64,000 bases of DNA, from positions 124,001 to 188,000 of the IMG/VR virus record IMGVR_UViG_3300017917_002434, one strand, 5' to 3'. The position numbers and the translations under genes were made by a program. Below are positions 35,905-45,231 of this stretch, piece by piece (positions within the stretch are counted from its first letter, which is position 1; the number at the start of each line of letters is the position of its first letter). A model generated the notes under the pieces. It was not told where the DNA came from, ran no database searches, and saw only the letters and a list, made by a program, of their open reading frames with translations.

Positions 35905-38514
35905 ATGGCAAAAACCACAGTAGAAATCCTCGGAGGAGAGTTAGACGGCACAGTCTTAAACAACATAGCTAGCGAAGCTACTATGCGTGAATTGCTGGCC
36001 GCAGTTAAAGCACAATCCAAATCTGGACCCGGTAGTGGAGTTGGTGGGGGCGGAGCTAGAGGTGGTAGCTCAAAAAATCCTGGCAAAAAGCTCGATGTAA
36101 TGAGTAAGTTAGCTGACGGTCTAGGTAATCAGATAGGTAATGTAATCGGTGCTGTCGGTAGTATGGGTGCTATGTTACTCACTGGTAATACGAGAATGAG
36201 CTCTTACACTAAAACATTAAACGATCAAGTTATCGCTAGATTGCCTGTAGTAGGAGGGCTGTTAGGAGGTCTAGGCGGGATTATCAGTGACAGTATCGAA
36301 GTATTAGAAGATTGGAATGACAGTCTAAGAACTGGTACACAGACAGGTGCTACATTTGGAAATAGTATTTTAAGAGCATCAAAAGCTGCGACATCTGCTG
36401 CTATGGATCTCGATTCATTTATGAGAATGATCAGCAGTAATTCGTCTGTGATGTTGAATCTAGCCGGTACAGTAACTGAGGGTGCTGAAAGATTTAGTAA
36501 GATATCTAGATTGTTAAACAGAGACGGTGGCAAAGCAACCCAGACTCTTAGACAGATGGGTATGAAAGCCAAAGATATCAATGAAGGATTGATCAATTAC
36601 ATTGATATCATGGGCGGAGGAATGTTCCAAGACAAACGCACCAATGAAGAAATAGCAGACGGCTATGAAAAGTTCCAACTTGGAATGATGAGATTAACAT
36701 CTCTCACTGGCAAGAGTGTTAAAAAATTAGAAGAAGAAATGGCTGTAGCATCTAAAGACATCGTATTTAGGATGCAGTTATCGAGATTAGAACCTAAAGA
36801 AAGAACTAAGATGTTAGAAACATTGGCCAACTATACAGCGATGTATGGTCAGGCTGGTGCTGAATTATTCAAATCATTATATCTACAGATGCCCCCAGGA
36901 GACGAACAGGCTAGAAACCTAGCAGTGCTCCAACCGATGCTGGTAAGATCTATGAAAGATTCTATTAACACAGCATTAGATACTAATGTTACTATAGCCC
37001 GTATGTCTACGCAGATTGAAGATGATATCATCAAGGCTATGCTAAAATCTGCTAAGACATCATCTGGTCTAGAAGGATTATTAGCTGCCGCTAGTGCATC
37101 GTTAGGCGATGCTAAAGGCCTTACGGCTGCTTTAAACCCTATAATGAATCAGCTGTTAAAGTACGGCGATATTTCAAAAATCACTGAAAAAGATCTCAGA
37201 GAGATGTTTAAGAAAGCTAGAGATGAACAGAAAGCTCGCGATGCTTTAACGAAATTTATCAACGATTTTGAAATGGCTATGCAGGATCTTAAATTTCAGT
37301 TAATGGAATTTTTATATCCTATGTTAGATGATCTAGGAAGATATCTAGAAAGACAGGACATAGCAGGCAAGGTAAAAATATTTGGAACATGGCTTAAAGA
37401 AAATGTAGACAAATATCTACCTGACGTTATAACATTTTTTAGATATCTAGGTGACGAGGAAGGCAGAGAATTTATTTGGAACGAAGTAACATATTTCTTT
37501 GAACGTATGGGTATCCATATGTTGTACCATGCTAAATCTATGTTTAATCCAGACAAAGTCGGTGATTACGGAAATATCAGAGATGAAGCATTAGAAAGAG
37601 CTATGCAAGACCACGAAGCCAAACAAAATGTACTTCGAAGAAATATGCCAGCACCGTATACGAGGCCAGGAGAACAACCATCAGGTACTGCCGATCGTAG
37701 ACAGCCAGGTCAAGTAAAAGAAACCGGAAGATCAGATCCGAGGGTAACCAGTGCCTCAGAAAAAATCGTCACAGATTTATCAAAGAGAGGATTTGGTATG
37801 GCAAATCCTCTCGGAAAAGGTGCGGCTATACAATCAAATAGTGAGTTCGGAAAAATACGACAATACTATGATAAGGATGGTAAGCTGATCGAAGAAAAAG
37901 CACACATGGGCGAGGATATTAGAGCAAATTTAGCAAAAGTATATGCTGCTATTCCTGGCGAAGTAGTTTATGGTATGCGGGGCGGATATGGATTTGCTGC
38001 CACTATTACAGGTAAAGATGGTGATTACAAAGGTATAGAATTAATTTACGGACACTTGCATAGAAAGGAGTCTGAGCAGATTCGAGCCCGAAGGGACAAA
38101 ACGGATGTCAAGATAGGCGACGAGTTAGGCGTCACAGGAGGAGGACTAGGCGATCCTGGAGCAGGCACATCGACTGGACGTCACCTCCATTTTGAAGCTA
38201 GAAAAGACGGTGTGCCGTTCAACCCCATGTCTCTAATTAAACCAGGAATGAACACCGGAACGCTAGGAGTGTACGGAACATTGTTCAAAGATTTTGGTTC
38301 AGCAACAGATGTTGTATTAGATGGAAATAAGGCTGTTATGACTCCAGAACAGATGAATAATGTAATGGCCGGTGCCGGAACTATAGCTACGAGAGAGTTG
38401 TTAGATTCAATAGACGCAAATTTTGCTAGATTAGAATCTTTGATGAGAGAACGTACTAACTTGTCAAGATCACAACTTACCCATATAGAAAATAATCGAG
38501 TGACAATAGCATAA
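35905..38514 (+). CDS. Tape-measure-like protein 1 with M23-family peptidase domain
   Basis: Long A/G/M/L-rich helical body. HMGED (HxxxD, near 37903) and HLHFE (HxH, near 38182) with LIYGHL and VKIGDELGVTG are M23 motifs. Confidence 0.7.
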   Translation: MAKTTVEILGGELDGTVLNNIASEATMRELLAAVKAQSKSGPGSGVGGGGARGGSSKNPGKKLDVMSKLADGLGNQIGNVIGAVGSMGAMLLTGNTRMSSYTKTLNDQVIARLPVVGGLLGGLGGIISDSIEVLEDWNDSLRTGTQTGATFGNSILRASKAATSAAMDLDSFMRMISSNSSVMLNLAGTVTEGAERFSKISRLLNRDGGKATQTLRQMGMKAKDINEGLINYIDIMGGGMFQDKRTNEEIADGYEKFQLGMMRLTSLTGKSVKKLEEEMAVASKDIVFRMQLSRLEPKERTKMLETLANYTAMYGQAGAELFKSLYLQMPPGDEQARNLAVLQPMLVRSMKDSINTALDTNVTIARMSTQIEDDIIKAMLKSAKTSSGLEGLLAAASASLGDAKGLTAALNPIMNQLLKYGDISKITEKDLREMFKKARDEQKARDALTKFINDFEMAMQDLKFQLMEFLYPMLDDLGRYLERQDIAGKVKIFGTWLKENVDKYLPDVITFFRYLGDEEGREFIWNEVTYFFERMGIHMLYHAKSMFNPDKVGDYGNIRDEALERAMQDHEAKQNVLRRNMPAPYTRPGEQPSGTADRRQPGQVKETGRSDPRVTSASEKIVTDLSKRGFGMANPLGKGAAIQSNSEFGKIRQYYDKDGKLIEEKAHMGEDIRANLAKVYAAIPGEVVYGMRGGYGFAATITGKDGDYKGIELIYGHLHRKESEQIRARRDKTDVKIGDELGVTGGGLGDPGAGTSTGRHLHFEARKDGVPFNPMSLIKPGMNTGTLGVYGTLFKDFGSATDVVLDGNKAVMTPEQMNNVMAGAGTIATRELLDSIDANFARLESLMRERTNLSRSQLTHIENNRVTIA

Positions 38515-41006
38515 TGCCAAGAAATACTGTAGAATATTATAGTTCAAAATTAGGCAGCGGAGTTATCAACAACGCTGCTTCTGAAGCTACTCTCCAAGAA
38601 ATTCTTAGAGCTTATAAGGATTCTGCTAGTAGCAGAGATGATGCTAATGATATAGCTGATGAAGCATCAGCTGCTTCAGCATCTCTTAAATTATTGAAAA
38701 AAGGTTTTTCTTCGTTAGGAGCCGGCATAGGAAACACCGTTAGTGCCGGTAGAAATTTTATAACGATGATAGCCAAAGGTGAAGATAAACTCAGTGCCTA
38801 CGGAAGATTCATACAAGAAGATCTAATTAAAAAAATTCCTGTAGTAGGTGATACCTTAGGAAGTTTTACTGGTATAATAGTAGAAACTATGGCAGTACTA
38901 GAATCTTGGAATGACGGATTACAACAGGCAAATAAACACGGAGCCACTTTTAATCATAGTATTTTTAAATTTAAAGAAACTGCTCTAGACATGGGATTAT
39001 CAACCGATGAGCTAGTATCATTGGTTAGTAGTAACAGCGACAAACTAATGTCTATGGGCGGCGGCACGATAACATCTGGTATAGAAAATGTCAGAAAATT
39101 ATCCGCAGCATTGTTTATGGATGGTGATCGAGTTTCATCAATATTAGATAGATGGGGATATACAACTTATCAGCAAAATGAATTATTAATAGATTTTTGG
39201 TCTAGTACTATGCGAGGCAAAGCTGTTACAGAAAAAAATATTAACAGTACTACTAATCATTTTTTAGCCTATGCTTCACAGATTGATACCTATCAGAAGA
39301 TCACAGGTATGAATAAAGATCAGCGGATGGAAGCCGCAGCCGCAGCTAACCAAGATATAACTTATAGAATGAAAGTTAGCAAACTCGGAGGTCCGCAGCA
39401 GGCAAGGATGGAAATGGCATTAAACAGCTATGCTATGGTATTTGGATCTCAAGCAGCAGAGTTATTCAAGTCTAGAGAATTAAATGTACAGACTATCAAT
39501 GAAACTGCCCTAGCTTTACAGTATGCCCTAGGACCTAGTTTTGAAAAATCTATGGATAGCATTATCAAGATGGCCAAAGAAGATAATGTTGATCCTAAAG
39601 TATTTGAAAGATATGTAAATGAAACTATCGGCAGACAATTAGCTAATTCCAAAGAAGCTATGAAACAACTAGATACACTGATCAAAGGATCAGTATCTGG
39701 CAATGAACAGAGTAAACGAATAGTTAAAGCTCTTACTCCTGCTATGGAATTTATGGTCAAGCAAGGCGGTATGAGCAAAGATATGCAGAATCAATTTACA
39801 CGAATGGTAGAAGCAGCCAAAGCAGAACAAGACAGAACAGATGCTTTTACTAATGTACTAAGAAATTTTCAAAGAGCAGTTTTAAGAGTGTATCGTGCTT
39901 TGGTAAAATCATTTTTTCCAGTAATGAAAGATCTAGCTAGAGAATTTAATCTGGCAATGATACCAGAAAAAATGAAAGAGTTTAACAAATATCTTATACA
40001 GTTGGCTCAAGATGCGTGGCCATACGTGAAAAACTTCTTTAGTAACCTTACAGACGATGAAACATTAAGATATATGGGTGATATGTTCGATGCTATGTTC
40101 GAAGCACTTACATTACATTTCAGAGTATTCATGCGACAAATGATCTATGATGCGTTTGGTATAGCAGGTCTAACAGAGTTTCTAGCAAAAAAATTAGGTA
40201 TCGGACCTGATCTCGATCTTATGACTGCTAGGGCCGACGCACTAGTTAATTACTCTAAAGAAGTAGCAAAACAACTAATTCTACCACAGGATCAACGTCA
40301 ATTTCCAGTAAGACCAGAAGATCAAAAATTTGTAGTAGGCGACAAAACCTATTATGTTAGAGATCTCATGAGAGGTTCTAGCGGATTTTACAAATATTAC
40401 AGCAGCCAATATGAAGGAGGACCTGGTTCTGATATAGAACCTTATAATCTTAATCTTATATCTAGGATACGGAGTTTTAGAGAACGAGAAGCTGAACAAG
40501 GTAAAATATTAGAAGACGATAGAGCACAATTTGGTGGTTTGAATCGCCTACAGAGAGAAGCATTAACTGATTTTGTTACTAAGGACATTCTTGGAACGAG
40601 AAATTCCAATAGATACCTAGCTCCGATTTTAAATGACCCAGCTCAATGGGCCGAAGCATCGCAGGGTGATAAGAATAGAATTATGAGTTTTCTAAACGAG
40701 AAAGAAGTACAACAGTTAATCGACAAGTATCGCAAAGCCTATCCAAATACATATAAAGGTTACCGTACAGGTACTTTAGGAACTTTAGGCAGATTGTTTG
40801 GCAATTTCAAAGGCGGTACACTGGCTCAGTTACACGGAAAAGAGGCTGTAGTAACACCATCTCAACTCCAGACAGTGATCGATACCAGTGCTCAGATTTC
40901 GACGAGAGATGTAATAAATCGTTTAAATAGTAGTATTAATCGCATGATCGATGTAGCAAAACAAGATGTTATTTTGGAACGTTCTAAACTGTTAGCTATG
41001 ACCTAA
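38514..41006 (+). CDS. Tape-measure-like protein 2 (paralog of the upstream gene, no M23)
   Basis: Shares NNxASEATxxExLxA, LExWNDxL...GATF and the C-terminal TGTLG...LF..F...T...LxGxxAVxTPxQ with protein 1. TAATG coupling. Confidence 0.65.
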   Translation: MPRNTVEYYSSKLGSGVINNAASEATLQEILRAYKDSASSRDDANDIADEASAASASLKLLKKGFSSLGAGIGNTVSAGRNFITMIAKGEDKLSAYGRFIQEDLIKKIPVVGDTLGSFTGIIVETMAVLESWNDGLQQANKHGATFNHSIFKFKETALDMGLSTDELVSLVSSNSDKLMSMGGGTITSGIENVRKLSAALFMDGDRVSSILDRWGYTTYQQNELLIDFWSSTMRGKAVTEKNINSTTNHFLAYASQIDTYQKITGMNKDQRMEAAAAANQDITYRMKVSKLGGPQQARMEMALNSYAMVFGSQAAELFKSRELNVQTINETALALQYALGPSFEKSMDSIIKMAKEDNVDPKVFERYVNETIGRQLANSKEAMKQLDTLIKGSVSGNEQSKRIVKALTPAMEFMVKQGGMSKDMQNQFTRMVEAAKAEQDRTDAFTNVLRNFQRAVLRVYRALVKSFFPVMKDLAREFNLAMIPEKMKEFNKYLIQLAQDAWPYVKNFFSNLTDDETLRYMGDMFDAMFEALTLHFRVFMRQMIYDAFGIAGLTEFLAKKLGIGPDLDLMTARADALVNYSKEVAKQLILPQDQRQFPVRPEDQKFVVGDKTYYVRDLMRGSSGFYKYYSSQYEGGPGSDIEPYNLNLISRIRSFREREAEQGKILEDDRAQFGGLNRLQREALTDFVTKDILGTRNSNRYLAPILNDPAQWAEASQGDKNRIMSFLNEKEVQQLIDKYRKAYPNTYKGYRTGTLGTLGRLFGNFKGGTLAQLHGKEAVVTPSQLQTVIDTSAQISTRDVINRLNSSINRMIDVAKQDVILERSKLLAMT

Positions 41007-41027
41007 GGTCAAGCACTGGAGAATAAA

Positions 41028-42746
41028 TTGAGTTGGAAAAAATATTTTACGCCTGTACCTGTAGGTAAACAATCGGGAGTGATGAGTCCGTTAGGAAACG
41101 GAAGTCGCCCAGGTCCGGCACGCTCAAATTATTCTAGTTTTTTACCAGATGTCTATGCCGGTACACCAAATCGTGTAGAACGTTATATGCAATATGAAAC
41201 TATGGATATGGACAGCGAAGTCAATGCTGCTCTAGATATCCTCGCAGAGTTCTGCACTCAAACCAACAGAGAAAATAACACCGCATTCCAGATATTGTTC
41301 AAAGGACAACCTACAGCTACAGAAGTAAAGATCCTCAAAGACGGACTACAAAAATGGGCTAAGTTCCAACAATTTGAAACAAGGATGTTCCGTATAGTTC
41401 GAAATGTTTTCAAATACGGCGATGCTTTTTTTATTAAAGATCCTGAAACACTGAAATGGTTCTATGTCGATCCAGCCAAACTAGTAAAAATTATCGTTAA
41501 TGAATCAGAAGGTAAGAAGCCAGAACAATATGTGCTTCGAGACATGAATTTTAATTTTAAACATCTGGTAGCAACTTCGATATTAGCTAATACCAATAAG
41601 ACACCCGCAGGCACAGCCAGCTATGTCAGCGGTGGCTCATTTGGTCGAGGTATGGTAGGAACAGCACCTACGCAAACTGGAACTAGATTTAGTGTAAATC
41701 AAGATGAACTCGCAGTAGATGCTAAACACATCGTACACCTAAGCCTGTCAGAAGGACTGGATAACAACTATCCTTTTGGTAATTCACTGTTAGAATCAGT
41801 TTTCAAAGTCTACAAGCAGAAAGAACTGCTTGAAGATGCTATCATTATCTATCGTGTACAACGTGCTCCTGAACGCAGAGTGTTTTACATCGACGTAGGT
41901 AATATGCCTGCTCACATGGCCATGAGTTTTGTTGAACGAGTTAAAAACGAAATCAATCAACGACGCATTCCTAGCCAGACAGGCGGCGGTCAGAATATGA
42001 TCGATGCTAGCTATAATCCCTTGAGTATCTCAGAAGACTATTTCTTCCCACAGACAGCAGAAGGCCGCGGCTCTAAAGTTGACACACTACCAGGCGGTAC
42101 TAATCTAGGTGAGATCGACGATCTACGCTATTTTACTAATAAGCTATTCCGTGCCCTACGCATACCTAGCAGCTACTTACCAACCATGCCCGACGACAGT
42201 CAAGCAGCATTTACGGATGGAAAAGTAGGAACTGCTTACATACAAGAACTGCGTTTTAACGAATATTGTAAACGACTACAGACTAATCTAGTTGAAGAAT
42301 TTGATCTGGAATTTAAAACTTGGCTGATCGATACAGGTATTAATATTGATAATTCATTATTTGAATTAAAATTTAATCCTCCTCAAAACTTCGCAGCCTA
42401 TCGTCAGAGCGAACTAGATAACTCTCGTGTACAGACATTTGCCGCACTACAAGAAGTACCTTTTATGAGCAAACGTTTTGCTTTAAAACGATTCTTAGGT
42501 CTAAGCCAAGAAGAAATCACAGAAAACGAACGTCTGTGGAAAGAAGAGAATGGTACTCTAGTATCGGCAGCTATGAATGCTGCTACAGAGATGAGATCCG
42601 TGGGTGTAACTCCTGGTGGGATATCAGCAGATATGGACGCACAGAGCCAAGAAGCACCCGACGATCTAGCAGCACAAACTGAAAATCCTGCTCCAGAAGG
42701 CGGAGATACAGCGGCAGCAGCACCGACAACTCCGACAGCAATCTAA
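41028..42746 (+). CDS. gp20: Portal protein
   Basis: LLEDAIIIYRVQRAPERRVFYIDVGNMP and EDYFFPQTAEGRGSKVDTLPGG are T4 gp20 motifs. TTG start after a GGAG RBS. Confidence 0.95.
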   Translation: MSWKKYFTPVPVGKQSGVMSPLGNGSRPGPARSNYSSFLPDVYAGTPNRVERYMQYETMDMDSEVNAALDILAEFCTQTNRENNTAFQILFKGQPTATEVKILKDGLQKWAKFQQFETRMFRIVRNVFKYGDAFFIKDPETLKWFYVDPAKLVKIIVNESEGKKPEQYVLRDMNFNFKHLVATSILANTNKTPAGTASYVSGGSFGRGMVGTAPTQTGTRFSVNQDELAVDAKHIVHLSLSEGLDNNYPFGNSLLESVFKVYKQKELLEDAIIIYRVQRAPERRVFYIDVGNMPAHMAMSFVERVKNEINQRRIPSQTGGGQNMIDASYNPLSISEDYFFPQTAEGRGSKVDTLPGGTNLGEIDDLRYFTNKLFRALRIPSSYLPTMPDDSQAAFTDGKVGTAYIQELRFNEYCKRLQTNLVEEFDLEFKTWLIDTGINIDNSLFELKFNPPQNFAAYRQSELDNSRVQTFAALQEVPFMSKRFALKRFLGLSQEEITENERLWKEENGTLVSAAMNAATEMRSVGVTPGGISADMDAQSQEAPDDLAAQTENPAPEGGDTAAAAPTTPTAI

Positions 42747-42752
42747 TAAATA
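42747..42752 (+). promoter_or_regulatory. Late promoter TAAATA
   Basis: AATAAATA overlaps the portal stop, 5 nt before the ATG at 42758. Confidence 0.55.
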
Positions 42753-42757
42753 TTAGA

Positions 42758-43006
42758 ATGAAGCTTCTAGAATTTTTTTATTTTAACGATAAACAAGCTG
42801 AGTACGTAGACGACAAACGCTACGAAAATCAGCGTGACACCTCTGTCCTCAAAAAAGGCGACACGAGAAAAATGTCTTTGACATTAAAGCAGATTAATCA
42901 GTTAAGAAAACAAAGTGAAGCACATCAGTTTGAGCAGGCTGCGGAACTAGAATTTATACAGCAGATGTATGGACAGCCACCAAACGCAGAAGAACAACCA
43001 GCCTAA
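42758..43006 (+). CDS. Small head-operon protein (82 aa), gp67/gp68 position
   Basis: Lies between portal and protease. MKLLEF N-terminus resembles T4 capsid-targeting starts, and there is an LTLKQINQLRK helix. Confidence 0.55.
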   Translation: MKLLEFFYFNDKQAEYVDDKRYENQRDTSVLKKGDTRKMSLTLKQINQLRKQSEAHQFEQAAELEFIQQMYGQPPNAEEQPA

Positions 43007-43601
43007 ACGTGTCGCATTTGTACTAGGTAACGGCCGTAGTAGGCTGCGACTCAACCTCCCAGAACTAAAAAAATACGGAAAAATCTACGGCTGTAATGCC
43101 TTATATAGAGAATACGAACCTGATTTTTTAGTAGCTGTTGACGAAAAAATGGTCAGAGAAATAGCCAATGCCCGCTGGCAATTTGGCAAACAAGTATGGA
43201 CTAATCCTAATAAAAATGTATTAAAGTTAGAAGGGTTTCAGTTCTTTAATCCTCATAAAGGTTGGAGTTCTGGGCCTACAGCACTATGGTTAGCCAGTTC
43301 GCATGGCTATGACGAGATCTATATATGCGGCTTTGATTTCCAAGGATCAGAAGGAAAATTAAACAATGTGTATGCTGATACGCCTAACTATAGACGCAGC
43401 TATGAACCAGCAACTTATTTCGGAAATTGGGTAAATCAGACCGAAAAAGTAATAAAAGAGTTCAGAAAAATTAAATACTTTCGTGTAGTACAGGACAAAA
43501 AAGATTTCGTACCTCCTTTGTTAGCAGGCATCACAGAAAATCTCAGTCACGTAACTTATGATGAATTGAAGCAAGATCTACACAAAGCGATATTTAAATG
43601 A
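42969..43601 (+). CDS. Glycosyltransferase-like protein (GT29 / Maf-DUF115-like Rossmann fold)
   Basis: AFVLGNGRSR...YGCNALYRE...PDFLVAVD...WSSGPTALWLA...IYICGFDF pattern. The start is uncertain (38-nt overlap with the upstream gene). Confidence 0.55.
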   Translation: MDSHQTQKNNQPKRVAFVLGNGRSRLRLNLPELKKYGKIYGCNALYREYEPDFLVAVDEKMVREIANARWQFGKQVWTNPNKNVLKLEGFQFFNPHKGWSSGPTALWLASSHGYDEIYICGFDFQGSEGKLNNVYADTPNYRRSYEPATYFGNWVNQTEKVIKEFRKIKYFRVVQDKKDFVPPLLAGITENLSHVTYDELKQDLHKAIFK

Positions 43602-43652
43602 TCAGAATTCATCAAAAAAGTACCATTTAATCCCGATCTTTATATTAATAGT

Positions 43653-43658
43653 TAAATA
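43653..43658 (+). promoter_or_regulatory. Late promoter TAAATA
   Basis: GTTAAATATA, 35 nt upstream of the ATG at 43694, followed by a GGAGG RBS. Confidence 0.55.
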
Positions 43659-43693
43659 TAACTTGACAGCCTAACCATTTTGGAGGAAAAATC

Positions 43694-44572
43694 ATGGCAG
43701 ATAAAAATCAAATCGCAGCAGTGCTAGAGCACCTGCTAAACAATGAACAGCAAAAAGCTGAAGAATTATTCCACGAGTACGTAGTTGGAAAATCTCGTGA
43801 AATCTATGAAAATCTAATCGATTCAGAAATCGAAGAAGAAGTTAAAGACGAAGATCTAGAAGAAACCAACGAAGACGATCTAGACGAAGCAAATGAAGAC
43901 GATCTAGATGAGTCAAACGAAGACGATCTAGACGAAGATTTTGAAGAAATTACAGCAGAAGGCGACGACGAAGTTGACGACCTCATAGGCGACATCAAAC
44001 CCAAAACTAGTGGCGACGGTGAAGAAGGTGAAGAAGGCGAAGAAGCTGGTGAAGAAGGTGAAGAAGAAGACGACGACCAGCCAGCAACCAAAGGCGATCT
44101 AAAAGATATCGTTGACGAATTAGAAGCAGCATTCGCAAAATATGCTGGCGGCGAGTCAGATGCTGGCGAACTAGGCGGTGATGATACACCTCCTGGAATG
44201 ATGGGAATGATGAAAGATGATCTAGGAGATCTAGAAACAGTACGTGAATATGTTGAGAAAGTTCCAGCAGGTCACGGTGCTGAAAAGAAAGGATCTGCTG
44301 AAAAAGCTGACAATACTAAGTCTATTGTAGCTAGCGAGAACAACATGGGCGGTACAACCGCAAACATCGCTAAGGGCGGTGAAGGTGGCGGTAAAGAAAG
44401 CGGTTTGACAAACAACAAACCACAAGATATGAAAACCGGCAATGTTAACGTAGTTGGAGGCACCAATGCTAAGTCATTCTATAGTAAGAATGGCAAAGGC
44501 CATGGAGCTGAGAAGAAAGGTACCGCTGAAACTGGTGTAGATGCTACATCAATCATTCGCGGTAGCAGATAA
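43694..44572 (+). CDS. Acidic prohead core protein (gp67-like role)
   Basis: Very D/E-rich 292-aa protein directly upstream of the protease, with tandem EDDLDE repeats and a duplicated GHGAEKKG(S/T)AE motif. Confidence 0.6.
   Translation: MADKNQIAAVLEHLLNNEQQKAEELFHEYVVGKSREIYENLIDSEIEEEVKDEDLEETNEDDLDEANEDDLDESNEDDLDEDFEEITAEGDDEVDDLIGDIKPKTSGDGEEGEEGEEAGEEGEEEDDDQPATKGDLKDIVDELEAAFAKYAGGESDAGELGGDDTPPGMMGMMKDDLGDLETVREYVEKVPAGHGAEKKGSAEKADNTKSIVASENNMGGTTANIAKGGEGGGKESGLTNNKPQDMKTGNVNVVGGTNAKSFYSKNGKGHGAEKKGTAETGVDATSIIRGSR
43847..43938 (+). repeat. About 4 tandem 24-nt repeats (GAAGACGATCTAGACGAAnnnAAY) encoding EDDLDExN
   Basis: Directly visible: gacgaagatctagaagaaaccaac / gaagacgatctagacgaagcaaat / gaagacgatctagatgagtcaaac / gaagacgatctagacgaagat. 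Confidence 0.85.
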
Positions 44573-44586
44573 TCGGAACGATCTAG

Positions 44587-45216
44587 GTGAAAAACTATCT
44601 TAGAGAAAACCTGAGTTTCGACCAAGCACAGTTGGTCCTTGAAAGTACCGAAGATGATAAGGGCGGTAAAACTCTACACCTGAATGGTATCTGTATCCAA
44701 GGCGATATTAGAAACCAAAATCAGAGAGTTTACCCCTCCTCTGAAATCGCTAGGGCTGTCAAAACTGTCAATGATCAAATCGCAGGCGGATACTCGGTTC
44801 TCGGGGAAGTAGATCACCCTGAAGATTTACGTATCAACCTAGACCGTGTCAGCCACATGATTACAAAAATGTGGATGGACGGTCCTAACGGTTATGGAAA
44901 GTTAAAACTCTTACCTACTCCTATGGGACAATTAATTCAAACCATGTTGGAGAGCGGAGTAAAATTAGGCGTAAGTTCAAGGGGTTCCGGTGATGTTGAC
45001 GGGGACGGGCGTGTCAAAGGTTTTGAAATTATTACCGTTGACGTAGTCGCCCAACCATCAGCACCTGGTGCTTATCCAACACCAGTTTATGAACATCTGA
45101 TGAATCAAGCAGGTGGTTACAAGGCATTTAGAATAGCAAAGGAAGTACAAGGCGATCCAAAGGCACAGCAATACATAGCAGAGAGCCTGAAAAAGATTAT
45201 TTCAGGACTCAAATAA
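44587..45216 (+). CDS. gp21: Prohead protease
   Basis: NQNQRVYP, LGEVDHP (catalytic His) and LGVSSRGSG (catalytic Ser). GTG start. Confidence 0.93.
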   Translation: MKNYLRENLSFDQAQLVLESTEDDKGGKTLHLNGICIQGDIRNQNQRVYPSSEIARAVKTVNDQIAGGYSVLGEVDHPEDLRINLDRVSHMITKMWMDGPNGYGKLKLLPTPMGQLIQTMLESGVKLGVSSRGSGDVDGDGRVKGFEIITVDVVAQPSAPGAYPTPVYEHLMNQAGGYKAFRIAKEVQGDPKAQQYIAESLKKIISGLK

Positions 45217-45231
45217 CAGTAGGAGAATCAC

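Noticed and set aside
35828-35911. ORF-track N-terminal extension (MPFKCPELK...) of the gp26-like gene
   Set aside because: It lies upstream of the minus-strand late promoter and overlaps the divergent gene start. ATG 35827 has an RBS.
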